A stretch of 8,328 bases of DNA from Candidatus Saccharimonadota bacterium (lineage in GTDB: Bacteria; Pseudomonadota; Gammaproteobacteria; Enterobacterales; Enterobacteriaceae), in assembly GCF_012571345.1 (NCBI RefSeq), contig NZ_CP046218.1, forward strand, positions 237,301-245,628. The letters are read 5' to 3'. Position numbers and translations under genes: made by a program. Numbering within the stretch: the stretch's first letter is position 1; the number at the start of each line of letters is the position of its first letter. This document shows, in pieces, positions 5,953 through 8,328 of this stretch. A model generated the notes under the pieces. It saw nothing but the letters and a program-made list of their open reading frames with translations. It did no database searches and was not told where the DNA came from.

Positions 5953-8328
5953 TTACTTAAAATTTAGTTTTACATTAAAATATTTTAGTTGAGATAAATA
6001 TTGTATTTGTGATAATATTATATCATTATGATTAAAATAAAAATTCTCTTTTAAAAATAATTTTTGTTGTAAAGTTGTGTAAAAATATACAGGAATGTAA
6101 TCATCATGATATTTAATCGATAAAATTTGTTTTATATATATAAATAAATCATCAAACAAAATACTTTTATTATGTATAATAATATATATATTTTGTAAAA
6201 ATTTTTTTCTCATATCTATCAGACTAATAATATTATAAGCATTAATTTTAAAAACATTTAGATAATTGTCTAAACGCAGAATACCATATAAAATAACTAT
6301 GTTATTATTTTTTATTAAGTGATTAAATTTATAGAATATATTTAACATCATATTTACTTCAATTTTTGCTGTATTATCATCTATATTAAAAATAACACAT
6401 TTTTCTTTTTTATAATTTATACCATGATGCATATTTGTAATGATACCACATACTGTAATTTTAATTACATTACTTTTATAAGTATTACACATTTGTTTTA
6501 TACTAATATTGTTAGTATAATATTTTACTTCTTTATCATAATCCATCAGAGGATGATTTGTTAAATATATTCCTAAAATATTTTTTTCTTTTAAAAATAT
6601 TTCTTTATTTGACAAAAATATTTTTTTTACATTTAATAAACTATTTTCTAAATTTACATGATCTTGTAAAGATAATAAATTCATTTGTTTTGTGTTTTTT
6701 TCTTTTATATAAATCTTTGTTATTTTTATAATATCATCTAAATGCATAATTAATATACTTCTATGGTATAAAAAACAATCTAATGCACCAGATAAAATTA
6801 ATTTTTCTATAATATGTTTATTATTTTTATCATAATTCATACGTATACATAAATCTATAATAGATTTAAATTTACCATATTTCATTCTATTATTAATAAT
6901 TTGTAAAGCTTGATATGCTCCTATACCTTTAATAGCACCTAAACCATATATAATATTTTTATCATTAACATGAAACTTATATAAGCTATTATTGATGTTT
7001 GGTGGTATAATCTTAATATGCATATATTTACATTCTTTAATTAAATGCATAATTTTTTTTGTATTATCTAATTCAGAACTTAAAACAGCTGCCATAAATT
7101 CATGAGGATAATATATTTTTAACCAAAGCGTTTGATAAGAAATCAAAGCATATCCTACAGAATGTGATTTATTAAATCCATATGCAGAAAATTTTTCTAA
7201 AAAATTGAAAATTTTTATTGCTAATGTTTTATTAGTATTCATTTTTTTAGCGCCATGTAAAAACAATGATCTTTGTTTTATCATTTCTTTATGTTGTTTT
7301 TTGCTTATTACACGACGTAAAACATCAGCTTGTCCTAAACTATATCCAGATAATACTTGTGCGATTTGCATAACTTGTTCTTGATATAAAATAATACCAT
7401 ATGTTGATTGTAATATTGGTTTTAATTTATCATGTTGCCAAACTTTATCGGGATACGAAATGGTTTCTTTGCCATGCTTACGATTAATAAAATTTTCAAC
7501 CATTCCAGATTGTAATGGTCCAGGACGAAATAAAGCTAATAAAGATACTATATCTTCAAAGTTATCTGGTTGTAAATGCTTAATTAATTCTTGTATGCCT
7601 TTTGATTCTAATTGGAAAATACCTATAGTGTTAGCTTGTTTTAAAAAATTAAAAATGTTTATATCATCTAATTTTAAGTTTTGTAATATAATTTTAATAT
7701 TATAATTTTGTTTTATCATTTTTAATGTATGATGTAATATTGTTAATGTACGTAATCCTAAAAAATCAAATTTTACTAAACCAATATTTTCAATATCATT
7801 TTTATCAAATTGTGTTAAAATATTATTACCTGTAATGTCACAATATATTGGCATAAATTTTACTAGTTTAGTAGGTGCTATTACAACACCGCCAGCATGT
7901 TTGCCTATGTTTTTTATTGTTCCCTCTAATTTTACAGCAGTATCAATTAAGTCTCTAACATTATTATCTGATTTATATATATCCAATAATTTTTTATTTA
8001 TAAAAGCTTTTTTTAGAGTTATGCCTATATCTGTAGGTATTAATTTAGATATGCGATTGATAAAATCATAAGGAAAACCTAATACTCTACCTACATCTCT
8101 AATTACTGCTTTAGCAGTCATAGTGCCAAAAGTAATAATTTGTGCTACTGCATCTAAACCATATATTTTTTTTACATGATCAATAACTAAATCACGTTTT
8201 TCCATACAAAAATCAATATCAAAATCCGGTAAAGAAATTCTTTCTGGATTTAAAAATCTTTCAAAAATTAAATTAAATTTTATAGGATCTACATCTGTGA
8301 TTTGTAAAACGTATGCGACCAATGAACC
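5953..8328 (-). CDS. dnaE: DNA polymerase III alpha subunit, C-terminal ~790 codons; 5' end lies beyond the window
   Basis: GSLVAYVLQITDVDPIKFNLIFERFLNPERISLPDFDIDFC matches E. coli DnaE around residues 360-400, including catalytic Asp401/Asp403. VKFDFLGLRTLTIL carries the Asp555 equivalent. FRPGP, YQEQVMQIAQ and GFNKSHS are conserved. A Q-x-x-L-L clamp-binding-like motif (KQMNLLSL) is present, followed by an OB-fold/C-terminal region. The reading frame stays open to base 8328. The M at 8322 in the ORF track is really an internal TTG Leu codon. The TAA stop is at 5953-5955. Confidence 0.97.
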   Translation of the reverse strand, partial: GSLVAYVLQITDVDPIKFNLIFERFLNPERISLPDFDIDFCMEKRDLVIDHVKKIYGLDAVAQIITFGTMTAKAVIRDVGRVLGFPYDFINRISKLIPTDIGITLKKAFINKKLLDIYKSDNNVRDLIDTAVKLEGTIKNIGKHAGGVVIAPTKLVKFMPIYCDITGNNILTQFDKNDIENIGLVKFDFLGLRTLTILHHTLKMIKQNYNIKIILQNLKLDDINIFNFLKQANTIGIFQLESKGIQELIKHLQPDNFEDIVSLLALFRPGPLQSGMVENFINRKHGKETISYPDKVWQHDKLKPILQSTYGIILYQEQVMQIAQVLSGYSLGQADVLRRVISKKQHKEMIKQRSLFLHGAKKMNTNKTLAIKIFNFLEKFSAYGFNKSHSVGYALISYQTLWLKIYYPHEFMAAVLSSELDNTKKIMHLIKECKYMHIKIIPPNINNSLYKFHVNDKNIIYGLGAIKGIGAYQALQIINNRMKYGKFKSIIDLCIRMNYDKNNKHIIEKLILSGALDCFLYHRSILIMHLDDIIKITKIYIKEKNTKQMNLLSLQDHVNLENSLLNVKKIFLSNKEIFLKEKNILGIYLTNHPLMDYDKEVKYYTNNISIKQMCNTYKSNVIKITVCGIITNMHHGINYKKEKCVIFNIDDNTAKIEVNMMLNIFYKFNHLIKNNNIVILYGILRLDNYLNVFKINAYNIISLIDMRKKFLQNIYIIIHNKSILFDDLFIYIKQILSIKYHDDYIPVYFYTTLQQKLFLKENFYFNHNDIILSQIQYLSQLKYFNVKLNFK

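Noticed and set aside
7460-7705. An 81-aa ORF on the + strand, antisense to dnaE.
   Set aside because: It is embedded in the most conserved part of dnaE (the FRPGP/YQEQVMQ region). It has no homology signal and is interpreted as an antisense shadow ORF.
7835-8071. A 78-aa ORF on the + strand, antisense to dnaE.
   Set aside because: The reasoning is the same as for 7460-7705. It lies within the conserved dnaE coding sequence and has no independent support.
1-8328. The whole window was searched for mobile elements, CRISPR repeats, toxin-antitoxin pairs, defence or secretion cassettes, or any unassigned multi-gene system.
   Set aside because: All seven long ORFs are confidently assigned housekeeping genes that cover nearly the entire window. 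The spacers are at most ~190 nt of featureless AT-rich sequence. I saw no direct repeats, terminal inverted repeats or unexplained ORFs. I found no support for a novel system here.

Overview
By eye the window is about one-fifth G+C or less. It holds seven tightly packed housekeeping genes whose products align collinearly with Escherichia coli proteins. The order is bolA(-), suhB(-), nfuA(+), metA(+), proS(+), tilS(-) and the 3' two-thirds of dnaE(-), which runs off the right edge. The composition, the I/K/N/Y/F-rich proteins, the short AT-only spacers and the collapsed enterobacterial synteny (dnaE-tilS-proS) point to a highly reduced obligate (probably insect) endosymbiont derived from Enterobacterales. 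I cannot name the organism from sequence alone. I see no rRNA, tRNA, CRISPR array, IS or phage remnant, toxin-antitoxin pair or defence-like cassette, and every long ORF has a recognisable housekeeping identity. I therefore do not think this window holds a novel multi-gene system. The points worth follow-up are signs of reductive evolution inside otherwise intact genes. (1) SuhB keeps its fold and length, but most inositol-monophosphatase metal and catalytic residues are substituted. (2) The ProRS INS editing domain keeps its length but has lost the residues known to be needed for Ala-tRNAPro editing. (3) NfuA is reduced to its C-terminal Nfu domain. (4) proS and tilS converge with no spacer, so their stop codons form a 14-bp perfect palindrome. 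(5) Poly(A) tracts of 9-11 nt lie inside essential genes. All residue-level claims rest on by-eye alignment to E. coli sequences recalled from memory and need a computed alignment.
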